This document shows positions 12,150 to 24,430 of a stretch of 64,000 nt of DNA, piece after piece; the stretch's first letter is position 1; the number at the start of each line of letters is the position of its first letter. Both the position numbers and the translations under genes were made by a program. The DNA is from Camelus ferus (Eukaryota): assembly GCF_009834535.1 (NCBI RefSeq), contig NC_045701.1:52452001-52516000 (forward strand). The letters run 5' to 3'. The notes under the pieces were generated by a model, which had not been told where the DNA came from, searched no databases, and saw nothing but the letters and a program-made list of their open reading frames with translations.

Positions 12150-12677
12150 TTTGTGGTAAACTATTTCTTTGGTGGCCAACAATGAACCACAACTCCTGGT
12201 TCTGGACTTGGTCATGGAACTAACCATACAGACTCTGGACTTGTTCATGGAAATGTCTTTGGACAATGGGACATTAGCAAGTATAGTGCCAGTGAGAGCT
12301 TGATAAGTTCTTTCATACTGGGGCTTGTGTTCTTGGAATACTTGCCCTTGGAACCTAGCTGCCCAGCACCATGTTGTGAAAAAGCCCTAGAAGCCATGTG
12401 GACAGGCCTCGGGAGGGGAGGAATGAGGCCTCTGGCCAACAGCCCGAGTTGAAGTCCCAGCTGACAGCCAGCACTAACTTGACAGCCTTGTGAGTGAGTC
12501 ATGTTGGAAGTGGACCATCCAGCCCCAGTTGAGCTATCCCAGCTGACACTCTATGGAGCAAACTGTCCCCACTGAATCCTGACCAAATTACAGAATTACG
12601 GGCAAATCTGTGATTGCTGTTGTTTTAGGCCTCTGTGTTTAGGGATGGTTTATATGTAGCAATAGATAACTGAAACT
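12150..12677 (+). mobile_element. MaLR solo LTR (MLT1G/H-like)
   Basis: Starts tgtggt, ends atgtagcaatagataactgaaac; internal ggccaacagccc...gccagcactaac...gtgagtgagtcat...cagccccagttgagc typical of MLT1. Confidence 0.85.
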
Positions 12678-13729
12678 TACAGCCACTCTCATTCCTGACT
12701 TAAGTACGTAATCAAAGAACCTGGCAGCAAATTGACTCAATGCTACACTGATGCTCGACAAATGTTAATGTCTCCCACTGAAGGCATCATTAGATCTTGA
12801 GAACAAGCAGGAGCCTGAGGCTCAGGTGAGCATCAAAGGGCACTTTTCTAGTGGGAGCAATAGTTTCATCTCTCCTCTTCCTCCTCCTCCTTTTTTTGAC
12901 ACATATTCATGGAGCACTGACAGTCACTGAGATACACAGAGTTCCTGCTCTGACGGGGCTTGTTTATCCTCCTCCCACTTCAGTTCTTTTCCAGGATGTC
13001 ATAGCCTTTGATGGATTGGAGTCTGACTTACTTTCCCATCCCTTACATGTACTAAATTGTTGACAAATGACTGCACGATGGCCGGCCAGCAAGAACGAAC
13101 ACGTCACTGGCTCATCTTCAAAGACAGTGACTGACACCGATGAAGGAAGGATTGAGATCTTACATGCGTTGCGTTTGTACTTAAAAGATGATTCTTCCAC
13201 GCACATGTTAACTGAGGGCGGAAAAGCTCTGCACTTCCCTTTTCTCTGTGGATGGTGTGTTTCTTGCCAGTCCTGTGACTCCAGACTTCCCTGTGGGGTG
13301 TTTCCTGGCCCCTCCTTGCCGTAGGGCATGGATGTCTTCAGTACTCACCGGTGTGTGATGCCTCTCCGGGGACTGCACACTCCTTGCTGTGGGAGAGAGT
13401 AGCTGGGCCAAGCCTGATGGGGTGAAGCAGCTTTTGGCTCCAGCTGGAGAGAGAATAAAAGAGGCCATAGGTTCCAGGTCCCTCCTGTGCTGAGCAGCCA
13501 ACAAGAGGGCAAGCTTTGGAAACGCCAGAGAGACAGCAAAGAATGGAAGAGAGTCTGTTGCACTATACATACTTTTGACTCCAAAGCAGAGGAATCACCG
13601 GGCATTTCATCAGACAATTGAAGATTAAGATGCTTTTCTTTTTAATCTGTAGGATGACAGTGCAATGTAGTAGTTGGAAGAATAGGTCGGCGCTGGGGGA
13701 AGCACCTACTTATTCTTGCAACACAGGTT

Positions 13730-13900
13730 CTTAGTTATCTTCCGCCATTGACAAATCCCATGACCTTGGTCAAGTTGTTTAATATCACTGAACCTCAATT
13801 GCCTTAATCTATGAAATGAGAAGAATAATACCCACCTCATGAGTTGTTGGGAAGAGCAAATGCGCATAGTAAGTGCTCAACTAACATTACCTCTTAGTGC
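13730..13900 (+). mobile_element. MIR SINE
   Basis: catgaccttggtcaagttgtttaatatcactgaacctcaatt...tctatgaaatgagaagaataatacccacctcatgagttgttg...agtaagtgctcaa. Confidence 0.8.
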
Positions 13901-14433
13901 TGGCTACTAGTCCTTTCCTCAAAACTTAGCATTTTCTTTCCATTGATTGAACATATTCTTAACTTGGCAAAGCAGAGAAGGATCACTTTGTTCTACAGAC
14001 CAATTTTCTGGGATGTGTTCTGTTTTAGTTTTCTCATAAGAAACTTCTAGTTGCAGGTGTGGAAACTTCTATCTTCAGAAAAGCCTTTATTTCATCTAAA
14101 AATACACATTTTAAAGGCGTATCTCATGAGTCTTTTTATTTGTAAGCATTTAAATGATCTGTGTAGTCAAGAATTTAAAGCAGAGCATCTCCTTCACAAC
14201 TCATTACAGTATGAAAGCGAGATATGTGAGGCAGCTTTGCGTCATCTCTGGCTGGGGAAGGATTTTGATCGTGTATCCTTTTTGAAGAAGTCCACCCACC
14301 AGGGAGCTCTAGGATTGCTATTATATGGAGAATCTTCAAAGAAGTTCTCTGTTAGAATCTTTATCATCAAGCCAGCCGAGTTCATCTATATGCATGCAGG
14401 CAGGTTTATTGACAGAGTTTGACAAATACTGCA

Positions 14434-14597
14434 TTTCCCCTTCCCTTCCCTTCCCATCTCCTCTCTCCCCCTTTCCTCCCTCTCCCTCCCTCCCTTCCTC
14501 TCCTCCCTCTCCCTCCCTCCCTTCCTCTCCTCCCCTTCCATCATCTTCTCCTTCTTTCTTCTCCTCACCGCCTTTCTCTCCTTTCTCTCTCTCTCTC
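14434..14597. repeat. Polypyrimidine/polypurine tract with 27-bp tandem duplication
   Basis: Almost pure C/T over about 165 bp; cctccctctccctccctcccttcctct repeated at 14475-14501 and 14502-14528. Confidence 0.95.
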
Positions 14598-16239
14598 ACA
14601 TGTTAAACCTTGCATTTTCCGCCTTACAAACTTGGGGCTGCTATTTTTGTTTTTATTTTTGTTTTTCCCCTTCCCCTAGAACAAGTGGCAATGAATGGTA
14701 TCCATACACTCTTTAAACTTTATCTTGTAAAATGGAACTTGCCCCCTTCTACACTCTATTCAAACCGTGTTGTAAAGACTGTGTGTTCCACCCCCCTTTC
14801 CCTTTGGTGATTGAGGCATGGGAAGCTTGCCCTGGGAGTCCATACACGTGCATATGAGACCTGGGGACTCTGGAATCAGAAAACTATGCTCCCCTTTGAT
14901 AACCACTCTTCATCAGTTACTTCCATGCCCAGTATCTACCCCGGGGGGATTTGCCTGTTAGTCCCTGGATCTTGATCTCGCTGTTTTCCAGTCCTATTAC
15001 TTCTAGGAATGGGCTCAGCTTGGGTGCCAGAGAATAGCAGAGTCAGAATAACAAGAACTTGTTTTGACCAGAGATACCAGATCTTTCTGTTTATTCATAG
15101 GTCTGCCCGAGCAGCCAGTGAGGGACCTGCATCTTTCTGGTTCCCAGACTTGAGAAGCGTCCTGTTATTAGCATGAGTCTGAGTCCTGGAATTTGGAAAA
15201 AGTGCTGTAGGCCTTTACTGAACAGGTGAGGTGAGAAATGGCCAATTGATGGGAAGTTTAATTATTTTCATAATGGCTTATATCAGTCTTTAATAGCAAT
15301 ATGCCATGACTCATTTGATATAAGAAGCATGGTAAAATGAACTTCTTAAAAAACTCTCTAATATTCTATGCATTTTCCACCCCCAGGAAAGAGCTGTGTC
15401 TTACTCCTCCCGGTGTCCAGCCCCAGCACTTAGCACAGCATGTGGGCAGCAAACAGGCACAGAGCGAGTGCTGCTTGCCTGAATGAATGCGTGCTCCACT
15501 CAAAGCCTCCCCAATTATCATCGAATAAATGTAATCATTTTTGTGATTAAGGCTGTTAAGTTTGATGTTGACCGAGAATTTATTGCCAGGGTAAATCTTA
15601 GGATAACTAAGGTCTAAACTGACTCATCCAAGCTCTTTTCACTCTTCTAGGACCCAGTGGGATGTGGCCCTGGGATGTGGAAATCTAGCTTTCTTGGATA
15701 TGAGGAATTTTGGAGGGGAGACTCAAATGGAGATCATTAGAGAGAGGTCAGGGGGGCCCCGCCTGAGTCTTCAGATCACTGCTAAATGTCTACAAAAATG
15801 CCCATCTTACCAGTCATGGTACCTACCACAGGGATGGGAATTTGGTGGAACAGAGGAAAAAAAAAGTGAGTAGAAACTTAGGCTTACGTCCCCTCTGTGA
15901 CTCTGAGTTGATCCATGATTGGCATCTGTGGAAAGGAAAAGCAAAGAACCAGGAGCACTTTGAGGAAAAACAGGTGGTTTTCCGCTCCCTCTTCCCTTCT
16001 TCCTTTTGGATATGGTCTGCCCTCTCATTGTGCAGAGGAGGAAACTGAGGGTTAGAGTGGGAAGGTGACCTCGAAGTTGTCTAATCAGCGACAGAGCTGG
16101 GACTAAAATCTGGCTCTGACTCCCCACACCACCCCTGCTTCTGTCAACTTCCCACTCGATCTTTCACCTGGCCGCCTTCTCAGGGCCTCCTCTCCTGGCC
16201 CCTTACCATTATCATGACCACAAATCCATGGAGAACTCA

Positions 16240-16400
16240 CCACGTCAGGCACTGTGCACTTTCCTCGTATTTTATTTACTCCTAACAACTTTATAAGGTT
16301 GGCGCAACTATGATCCCCGCGTCCTGGATGAGCCAGCTGCAGTTTAGAGAGGTTAAGTAGCTTACCTGGGGTTCTGTGGCTAGTGTTGATTCCAAAGCTC
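16240..16400 (-). mobile_element. MIR SINE
   Basis: tcaggcactgtgc...tttactcctaacaactttataagg...gtttagagaggttaagtagcttacc. Confidence 0.7.
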
Positions 16401-16510
16401 ACACTCGGAAACACTGTGCCCCAGCATCCCCATCAGGGGCTTGATTGGTCCATGGTCCACATTCCTGTGGAATCAGCAGGGCTTGCTTTTTACCCTACTG
16501 TCATTCATTC

Positions 16511-16904
16511 ATGTTTGAGGNNNNNNNNNNNNNNNNNNNNNNNNNNNNNNNNNNNNNNNNNNNNNNNNNNNNNNNNNNNNNNNNNNNNNNNNNNNNNNNN
16601 NNNNNNNNNNNNNNNNNNNNNNNNNNNNNNNNNNNNNNNNNNNNNNNNNNNNNNNNNNNNNNNNNNNNNNNNNNNNNNNNNNNNNNNNGGCCATCTTCTC
16701 ACGTGGTCTTCCCTCTGGACATGTCTGCATCCTAATCTCTTATAATAACACCAGTCATATTGGATTAGGGCCCACACCCATGGTGTGGTTTTAACTGAAT
16801 TACCTCTTTAAGGACCCAGGCTCCAAGTGCAGTCACATTCTGAAGTACCAGGGGTTGGGACTTCAACATACAAAGTTTGAGGGGACACAGTTCAGCCCAT
16901 GGCA
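16511..16904 (-). mobile_element. MLT1B-like MaLR solo LTR, partly N (16521-16688)
   Basis: caccagtcatattggattagggcccac...ttaactgaattacctctttaag...gtcacattctga...acttcaacata...ggggacacagttcagcccat is antisense MLT1B. Confidence 0.85.
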
Positions 16905-18934
16905 GCCTGATATGTTGTTCCCTCCCAGGATATTTTCTTCTTGAAGGAAGTCTCTTGTACCCAATAATGCTGAAGTCCAAAGCAATAACCCACGGTGAGT
17001 GTTTCAAGCCCCAGACCAATGCAGTATGCACTCTGTTTACTAAGGGGAGGTGGGAAGAACACAGGTTTTACCTTCACTTCCCACAATATTGGCCCATCCC
17101 GACTCATGGTCCCCTTGCATGTATGAATTCTCAGGTCATTTTAAGGGACTTGGATTATAAGAAGAACAATTTAAACGGATAGTGCTTATTCATCAGAACC
17201 TGAGATGACACCACACATTTCTAATGATCATTCCTTCAGGAATAATCTGTAACCCTCAGAATTTAATGTGATGAACAGCGTTTTTCAAATTCCAGAGGTG
17301 TCTCGGGTGAATTCCCAGGGTCAACCACTGACATGTCCCCAGACATTGACTGTTAGCCTGAGAGCTATTTGCTTGGCGTGCAAATAATCCCTGGCTCCCG
17401 ACTGAAGAGAGGCCAATTCCTCTGCCTCAGGAAGGCCCTCAAGTTCTGTTTATAAGTCCTCTTTTGTCATATAATCCAGGCCCAGAGCGCCTCCGGTTAC
17501 ACTCAGTAAAATCAAGGGTGGGAGGGGAGGACAATGAATGCAACTGGACTTCAAGTGCTGCCTGCTGGAGCCCCGGGAGTCAGGAGTCAGTGAGGAAATG
17601 AGGAGGGAGCTGTGTGGCTCACAGAGTGGGGGGCCTCCCTGGCTTCTCCTTCCCTGGGTGGTGTGGAGCGTACACAGTGGCTCTATTGTTCAAAAAAGAA
17701 CGAGGTGCCAGGCTCCTGTCCTGAGAGGAGTAGAAACCTCTCCCCTCTCTTCTCTCCCTGTGCCCTCCCGTCTCCAGGCACCTTGGCATCTGAACTGGTT
17801 GTTCTGGTCGAGCGAGTTGGTGCAGCTGGCATGGGATTTTATTGGATATGTCAAACTTGTGTCCAGACGGTGTCTGTTCAGTGTCATCAATGCTGACATG
17901 TTTCCCTTACCCTCACTCCCAGCCCCTACCATCCCCAAAGCCCCAGCTGTATTTCCTCTTGGAGAGTCCCGGGTTAAGGCTGCTGCCTCTGATTTGAACC
18001 AATCCCTGTGATGGCAAGACATTAAAAATAAAATGCCCATCCTTGGGCTCGAACCCCAACCCTTCTGTAACTCAGTGCGTGACCAGCACGGGTTGCTTGC
18101 CCTTTGCTGAGCCTCATGAGTCTTCCTTCCGTGACATCATCTCTACCCTTATAGCTCTGTTTCTAACAAGAAGTGAACCAAACAGCGTATGGTTGATCAC
18201 GGAGCTGGAGGTGCTATGAGACCCTGTGGCCCCTCGTCCCCGCTGTTTGTCAGGGACTGCTGGCTGATTCATCCTGCCTCTGGGCACGGTGAAGGGGCAG
18301 AGGTGCCCCTGGCTTGTGTGCTGGGCTCTGCCTCCCAGACAAGCCTCCTGGGACAAGTCTGGGCTTCACCCCCAGGGCTCATAAAAGCCGGTCAGAGCCT
18401 GAGATCGGGTGGGCGCAGGACAGGGAAGTCTCCCACATTTGTTTTTGATCCTCAGAACACAGGAGATGGACTTTGGATAACTTGGGATCTGTGAACATTC
18501 TTGTCAGGAGGCCAAAGAGGAGAGCGCCAGAACTGCTCTGTGGCAGGTTGTGCCGAAGGCTGACGCTCCCCCTCGGAGGCTGGGAGCCTGCGGGCCTGTG
18601 CTCTGCTCTGGGGAGAGGCAGATGCACAGAAAGCTCCAGCAGCTCCTTGCTTTGTTCACAGCTCGAAGGCACCTTGGCCAGCAAAGAACCATCCACGCCT
18701 TCCCTCCAGCTCTCTCCCTGCCCACCCTCCCTTTCTTCCTTTTCTCTTTCAAAGAAGCATTCATTTTCTCTTCTCAAAGCTATAACGAAATGTTTATTGT
18801 TGTTTCTAAATGAGAGGGTGAAACCACAATGGAAAAGTTTAGTTACTGCTTCATGGAATGTCCTTTGTCCAGAATAGTGATCTGTCTAGCATTTGAACAC
18901 GCAATAATCTTAGTTGGGTCATCAGTAACTGTTT

Positions 18935-19065
18935 TTTTTTTTTTCCTTAATGGGGGAAGATAATTAGGTTTATTTACTTATTTTATTAATGGAGGTACTG
19001 AGGATTGAACCCAGGACCTCGTACATGCTAAGCAGGCACTCTACCACTGAGCTCTACCCTCCCTC
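18935..19065 (-). mobile_element. tRNA-Ala(AGC)-derived SINE, camelid vic-1 type, with TSD
   Basis: Minus strand reads gggagggtagagctcagtggtagagtgcctgcttagcatgtacgaggtcctgggttcaatcctcagtacctcca then AT-rich linker and polyA; A and B boxes present; TSD tcatca(g/a)taactgttt at 18919-18934 and 19066-19081. Confidence 0.92.
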
Positions 19066-19171
19066 TCATCAATAACTGTTTAGTAAACATTATGCAGAAA
19101 ACCTGGGACAATAAATATCTGAATGTTATATATTTTTCCATATACTTGAGAAAGATATCTCCTGGTGGAGA

Positions 19172-19639
19172 TGTAACCAAGCAGGACCCTGTGGGACCTT
19201 CCAGGGTCAGACCCCTCCCCCACATCCTCTGCTGTAGCTCTTCTCTGAAGCACCCAGGTAATAGTATCTCATGTATATTTCTTGAGTTTTTCAGATGCTT
19301 AAAACCGCCACCAGAGGGAAGAAATTAATGACTTGATGATCGAGAGCTCCTGGCCCCAGACCTTCTGGCGCCTAGGGGTTGATAGTGTTGACCATCCTGT
19401 TACCTCAACATCAGCCAATCAGAGAATTGTGCACAGGCTGATCACGTACCCTGCGACCCCCACCATCCCTCACCTTAAATATGCCTTGCCGAAACCCTTC
19501 CTGGCGTTCTGGGTTTTCTTAGACATGAGCCACTCCGCCCTCCTTGCTCAGCCCTGCGATAAGCCTTTCTCTGTCCAAACTCCGATGTTTCAGTTTGGCC
19601 TGATGGTGCAGCGGGCACACGAACTTGCCTTCGGTAACA
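19172..19639 (+). mobile_element. ERV1-class solo LTR (468 bp) with 4-bp TSD
   Basis: TGTAACC...GGTAACA termini; GAGA duplicated at 19168-19171 and 19640-19643; CCAAT 19415-19419; TATA-like TTAAATA 19475-19481; poly(A)-signal position reads GATAAG (19558-19563). Confidence 0.9.
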
Positions 19640-21859
19640 GAGACATTTTTTATGGCTTTACACTCCTAGTTTGCTCCTAGTTGGTAAATAACACGAAATA
19701 TTTGTCATGGAGGTGGAAGGGATTTTTACATGATTCATAACCATCTGGTTATATAGCAGGAAATGAGATGTTTGGCAAATTTTTTCTATCTTTTTTTGTT
19801 TTTTGTTTTTTTGCCAATGGATTCTATTTTTTTCCCCCCTGAAGAAATTAAACATGTGTTCCATGGCCTTCGACCTACAAGAGGTCTTGTACTAGTTCAC
19901 GGTACAACCCGTGGGCTTGCGGTGCACGCGTTGCCAGGAGCCGGCCGCCGCACACAGCTGCCCCGAGTTAGTGATTCGGGAGCCGCCATCTGTGCTGAGT
20001 TCTGCCTCCACGTTCACCACGCAGACACGTCCAGAGGCCAGGGCAGTGCTCAGGCTCACACATGAACACGTTGATCAGCAGAAAACTTTCCAGGTAGAAG
20101 GTCCAGCCTTCAGAGCGTGAAAACTTCAGGTGAGTCATTAAAGCCTCACATTGGGGGAGTCTTGTTGGCCAAGTTAGTCAGCCATTCAGAGTGACACGTG
20201 AACACTAATATGTAAGTTGCCTCGCCACAGGCGCCTGACACGTCAGTGGCTCCAACAATCCTCTTTCTTACAGGCAAGTCCGATGTTCTCTTTCTAGTCG
20301 TGTTGAAGGGCCTGTCATGTATTTCTGTAGTTAAGAATGAGCCTGAAGGCACATCATGTGTTGGGTGGATGGATTCATGCTTCGCTGTGACTGCTTTTTA
20401 ACTCACCCTGTGTGAATTGCCTTCTAGAAGGGGCCCGACTAGGGGCCTGGACGGGGAAGATCTGACCCTTGGGTTGGTCAGTGAGGAGCAGAGAAGGATC
20501 TGAGAGATGATATCTTACCTGCAGGAGAAGGCTGGAACACAGATGCAGGGCGGCTGCCCAGTGAGTCGTCCACCCAGAAGACCTGGGCAGATTCTAGATG
20601 TATGACATCAGGAAGGAAACTGAGACAAAAAGAGTTTCAAGCAGAAGATGGGGTGCACCCATCCTGGGTCGAGCTCCCCCGTCACAGGGCACAGCTGCAG
20701 GCCCCCTTTTATAGGATGTCTGTGGCTTATGCTGTAGGCGAGGAGGAAGTGTTAGATCAGCAAGTTAGCTCAGATGCCTCCCCTCTGACCCCACAAGATT
20801 GTACTCAGGTTCAGACCTAGAGCTTGAGACAAGAATTGGGAAGTTTTCAAAAATTTTGAAATACTGTCCGAGTACATGTTGTGTATGTGAGTAGCCATGA
20901 TGATCTGTGTGGGCGAGAGACAGTTTTTACATAGTAATCTTTTCTGTCTTTCTTCAAGAGTAGGGGCGTAAATGAGTTGTACTTTGTAACCTGCTTTGCT
21001 AGTAAGTTGGTTATATTAGGTATATTTAAAAGTGTGAAGTTCCAGGAGAAAGTTTGGAAACATTTGGGCATAGTGTTTTTTCTAGGATAAAAGGGGAGAA
21101 ATATCTTTAGGAGAAAGTTGTTATATATTTACACTTAGATATATAACAAGAATTCTGAAGATCAGGATTTTCTCTCCGCTTTGAAACTCATTAGATGCAT
21201 ATCTTGAAACTAGTCAGTGAAAGCTTTGGTCTGTTTGCTCACTTATGGTGTGGAGATGTTGGCACTTATGTTTAAATTATCGGGGCCATCCTGAGATAGG
21301 TGGAACGATCTAGCTGTACCCCTCCACCGTGGTGCCCTCCCATGAACACTGGAGAAAGCTGATGTCCATTTCAGTCCACAAGGCCCCAAGGTAGAAGTCA
21401 CGGTCTGTAGACACAGTGGAACAAATTTTCTTTAGTTCTGTTCTTGGTGGTGGAATGCTTTTAGCAGCTGATTTCAGAATGATAGATATGCATTAATGGC
21501 AGTTTTTCAAAGAATATTCTCTCATTTATATATTTATATATCAAAAACATGTTAATGTCACAATGTCAATTGAAAATGGCCAATATTTATACACTGAACA
21601 AATTGTATGTTTTTTGCATATTCAGCTGTTTCACTCTAGAGGGTCTTAGGTTATGAAAAAAGCACTAAAAATCTCTCATCACTAGTCTTTTGGAACAAAG
21701 AAATAATGATAAACCTAATTTATAACTTCTCTAGATTCAAAAACTTGCATCCTGACATGCTAATAATCCTCTCTGAAGACAAGAGTGAAACTGGAAGATT
21801 GGGAATAAAAGAGACAGTGAACCCCCTTACCTCCTCATTGGTCTCCAGGTTTTCTTGAC

Positions 21860-22405
21860 TCTAAACCGTCCTACCCACTGCTGCCTAAGAGAGTTCCCCA
21901 AACAGAGGTCTGCTCACTCCTGTACTCAAAAAATGTCAGTGGATCCCCAGTGCTTACAGAATAAAGCCAAGCTCCCTGTAACGGTCTCAAAGTATCTTCC
22001 TGGTATGACCACAGCCCAGTTCTCCAGTTCTGCTTCCCACACATTGGCCCCCACCCCAAATGGGCAAGCCCTGGACTCACAGGAAGCTGCCCACTGCTCT
22101 GAGTGAGGGTGATACCTTTAACTACTTGTGGACCATCGCTTGAGTGCTTTCCTCCACTGGGGCCCCGGCCCCAGCTGTTCTCTTGGAAGCCTTGTCCTCT
22201 CTTCATTCCAAGACAGAATTGACTGCTCCCTCACCTACCTCCTTCAGACACTGTGGAAGGGCGCCCCTCTGCTTTGTAGTAAGTCAGTCTATCTTTGTGC
22301 CTCTCCCACCCTCGTCTGTTGGGCCACTGCTTCCAGGATCCATTTGTAGCTAATCTTTCATCCCTCACAGTTACTTGGAAATAATAAATGCTCAACAAAT
22401 GTTAA
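21860..22405 (+). mobile_element. L2 LINE 3' fragment
   Basis: ctcactcctgtactcaaaaaa...tgcttacagaataaagccaagctcc...; ends aataaatgctcaacaaatgtt like the L2 terminus. Confidence 0.7.
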
Positions 22406-22857
22406 ATCTACTACTTTCCGGTAGTAGACATTAGCCACCACCTGCATGTGCTAAATCTTCCATTATAGGTGCATGTAAGCCTAGAAGGACCTCACTAACC
22501 TGGATTAAAGTAGACCTACTAGTCTGAGTTAGAAAAGTGTCCGATCAGTAGAATATTATTTCCAAAATATAACCTCATTACTTTTGAGTACCTGCAGTTA
22601 TCAGTTAGGTTGTAAAGTGTTGTTTCTCCTTGAATTGACCCTGATGAACAGTTTGAAATTATGATATTCTAATAGCCTTAACAGTGCCCACCTGTGCTCC
22701 CAGTTCAGTCAGAGGACTGATACCTAAAGCTATGCTTCCAAAACAGTTACCTAAGAGAATTTTCTTTGAATTTTTATTCTGATTCTATTTAGATTATTGA
22801 TTTGACTCTCACAGAGTAAACTTTAGCCCAGCTCTTGTCAAACAAGAAATTGTTGAA

Positions 22858-23065
22858 TCAAACAGACTTGCAGACATAGGAAACAGTCTTAGGGTTACTG
22901 GGGGAAAGAGGGTGGGAAAGGATAAATTTGGGAGTTTGAGATTTGCAAATGTTAGCCACTATATATAAAAATAGAGTTTAAATTTTTTTCTTCTGTATAG
23001 CACAGGGAACTATATATAATATCTTATAATAACCTTTAATGAAAAGGAATAAGAAATACAAAAAA
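22858..23065 (+). mobile_element. L1 3' UTR fragment (camelid-type)
   Basis: aacagacttgcagacatagg...gataaatttgggagtttgagatttgcaaatgttagccactatatataaaaataga...tgtatagcacagggaactata. Confidence 0.85.
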
Positions 23066-24059
23066 TTTAAGTAGAAATGAGAGGTTTTATCATATAAGGC
23101 AAAAATACAGGGGAATAAGAAAGTAAAAATTTGCAAGGGAATCCCGGCCAGAAGCACAGCTCTGCAGGCCCACGTGCATAGTCTATGCACCCAGATGGGC
23201 CACCACTATTATTGGCCTGAATTGGCATTTTTCAGCAGAGTTCGACTCCTACCTCATTCTGCACCAGTGTGTGTGGAGACAGAGAACCGCGTGGATGAAC
23301 ATAACAAGCCTTTTCCCTGCATAGCTGCCTGAGGAGCCCCAGGAGGGTGGCCTAGGGGTGGGAGTGTTGCAACTTCTCCACACCCCCAGGGAGGAAAATG
23401 TGAAACAGCCCCCTCCTTGGGCGTGGTTTACCCCAGGGAACAACAGAGGTTTTAAAATGAAGACTGATGCTGGAAGGCCCCAGGTCCTAGGAACAGCCTG
23501 ATGGTCCTGGGACCAGGCCTTCAGTGGTGGGAGAGGAAGGGCCCTGGACAAGAAGTCAGCACCGGGTTCCTGAACTGCTGCTCTGCTTCAACTAGACCAG
23601 TCATTTACTTCTCTGGGTATCATTTTTTATCCCTTACATTTTCTAGGTTAGAGCAGAATCATAATATCTGGAGACTAAATCATACAATTCCTTCCCCAAC
23701 TCCTACCCTGGTCATGATGGTGGCTTACTTAGGAAGTGGTTTCTAAACCAGAGTGAAAAACTCTCAAGTCATTCTTACATCTCTCCTGTATTCCCTGGTA
23801 GAAAATTGCCAAATCTCTTGTCTTAATGATTTAATGGTTTATGATGAATTAGAAGGAAACTGATATTTTAGTACTGAGACCAGAAACCCTGAAATTCTGC
23901 AATTATAGTTAACTCTTGGTGGTTTTCAAAGTCTGCTATGCACTACATACATGGATACATGCTTTTTAGCCATCAGTCAACTATTATTTAAAGCCCACTA
24001 TTAAGCCTGAAATGACTTGAGGCACATTTCAAATAAAAAAGAATCAGTCACAACCCAGA

Positions 24060-24430
24060 AATGGAAATTTTGCATGCAGCAGGGGATTGTAGAGATTATT
24101 TATTCTCCAGCCCCGTTCAGGATACAAAGGAGGGAACGGAAGTCCAGGGAGGTTAAATGTTCTGCATAAGATCACAGAGCAAATTGAAGTCAGGAGCAGA
24201 ACTAAGTTCAGCGATGTATGACTTAGTCCTAACTCAGAGGAGATAAGGCAGCATTCACTTCATGCTTACACAATGGTGGGACAGTGATTCTCAGACACCA
24301 GCGTCTGCCAGAATCCCATAATGTGCTTGGAAAAATGCAGCTTCTCAAGCCTCCTACTCAGAATGTTGACTCAGTAGGCCTGGAGTGAGGTCCAAGAAGG
24401 GGCATTTAACAAGCTCCTCAGTTCATTCAG
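24060..24430. mobile_element. MIR relic (about 24060-24200) followed by MER5A-like relic (about 24290-24430)
   Basis: gagggaacggaagtccagggaggttaaatg...aagatcacagagc; cagtgattctcag...tgcttggaaaaatgcag...actcagtaggcctggagtgaggtccaagaa...atttaacaagctcc. Confidence 0.65.

Noticed and set aside
14325-14679. Overlapping Glu/Gly/Arg-rich and Pro/Ser-rich ORFs
   Set aside because: Artefacts of translating the C/T low-complexity tract (same for 52353-52631)
17413-17476. CCAAT plus TATAA promoter
   Set aside because: Only TATAAG/TATAAT, no supporting downstream donor or CpG island; expected by chance
18990-19065. Functional tRNA-Ala gene
   Set aside because: Followed by the SINE AT-rich linker and polyA and flanked by a TSD; no Pol III terminator context of a tRNA gene
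19763-20120. ORFs with a CxxC-like motif (GLRCTRCQ...HSC)
   Set aside because: Preceded in frame by a stop, non-ATG start, no recognisable zinc-finger spacing; openness is explained by GC content
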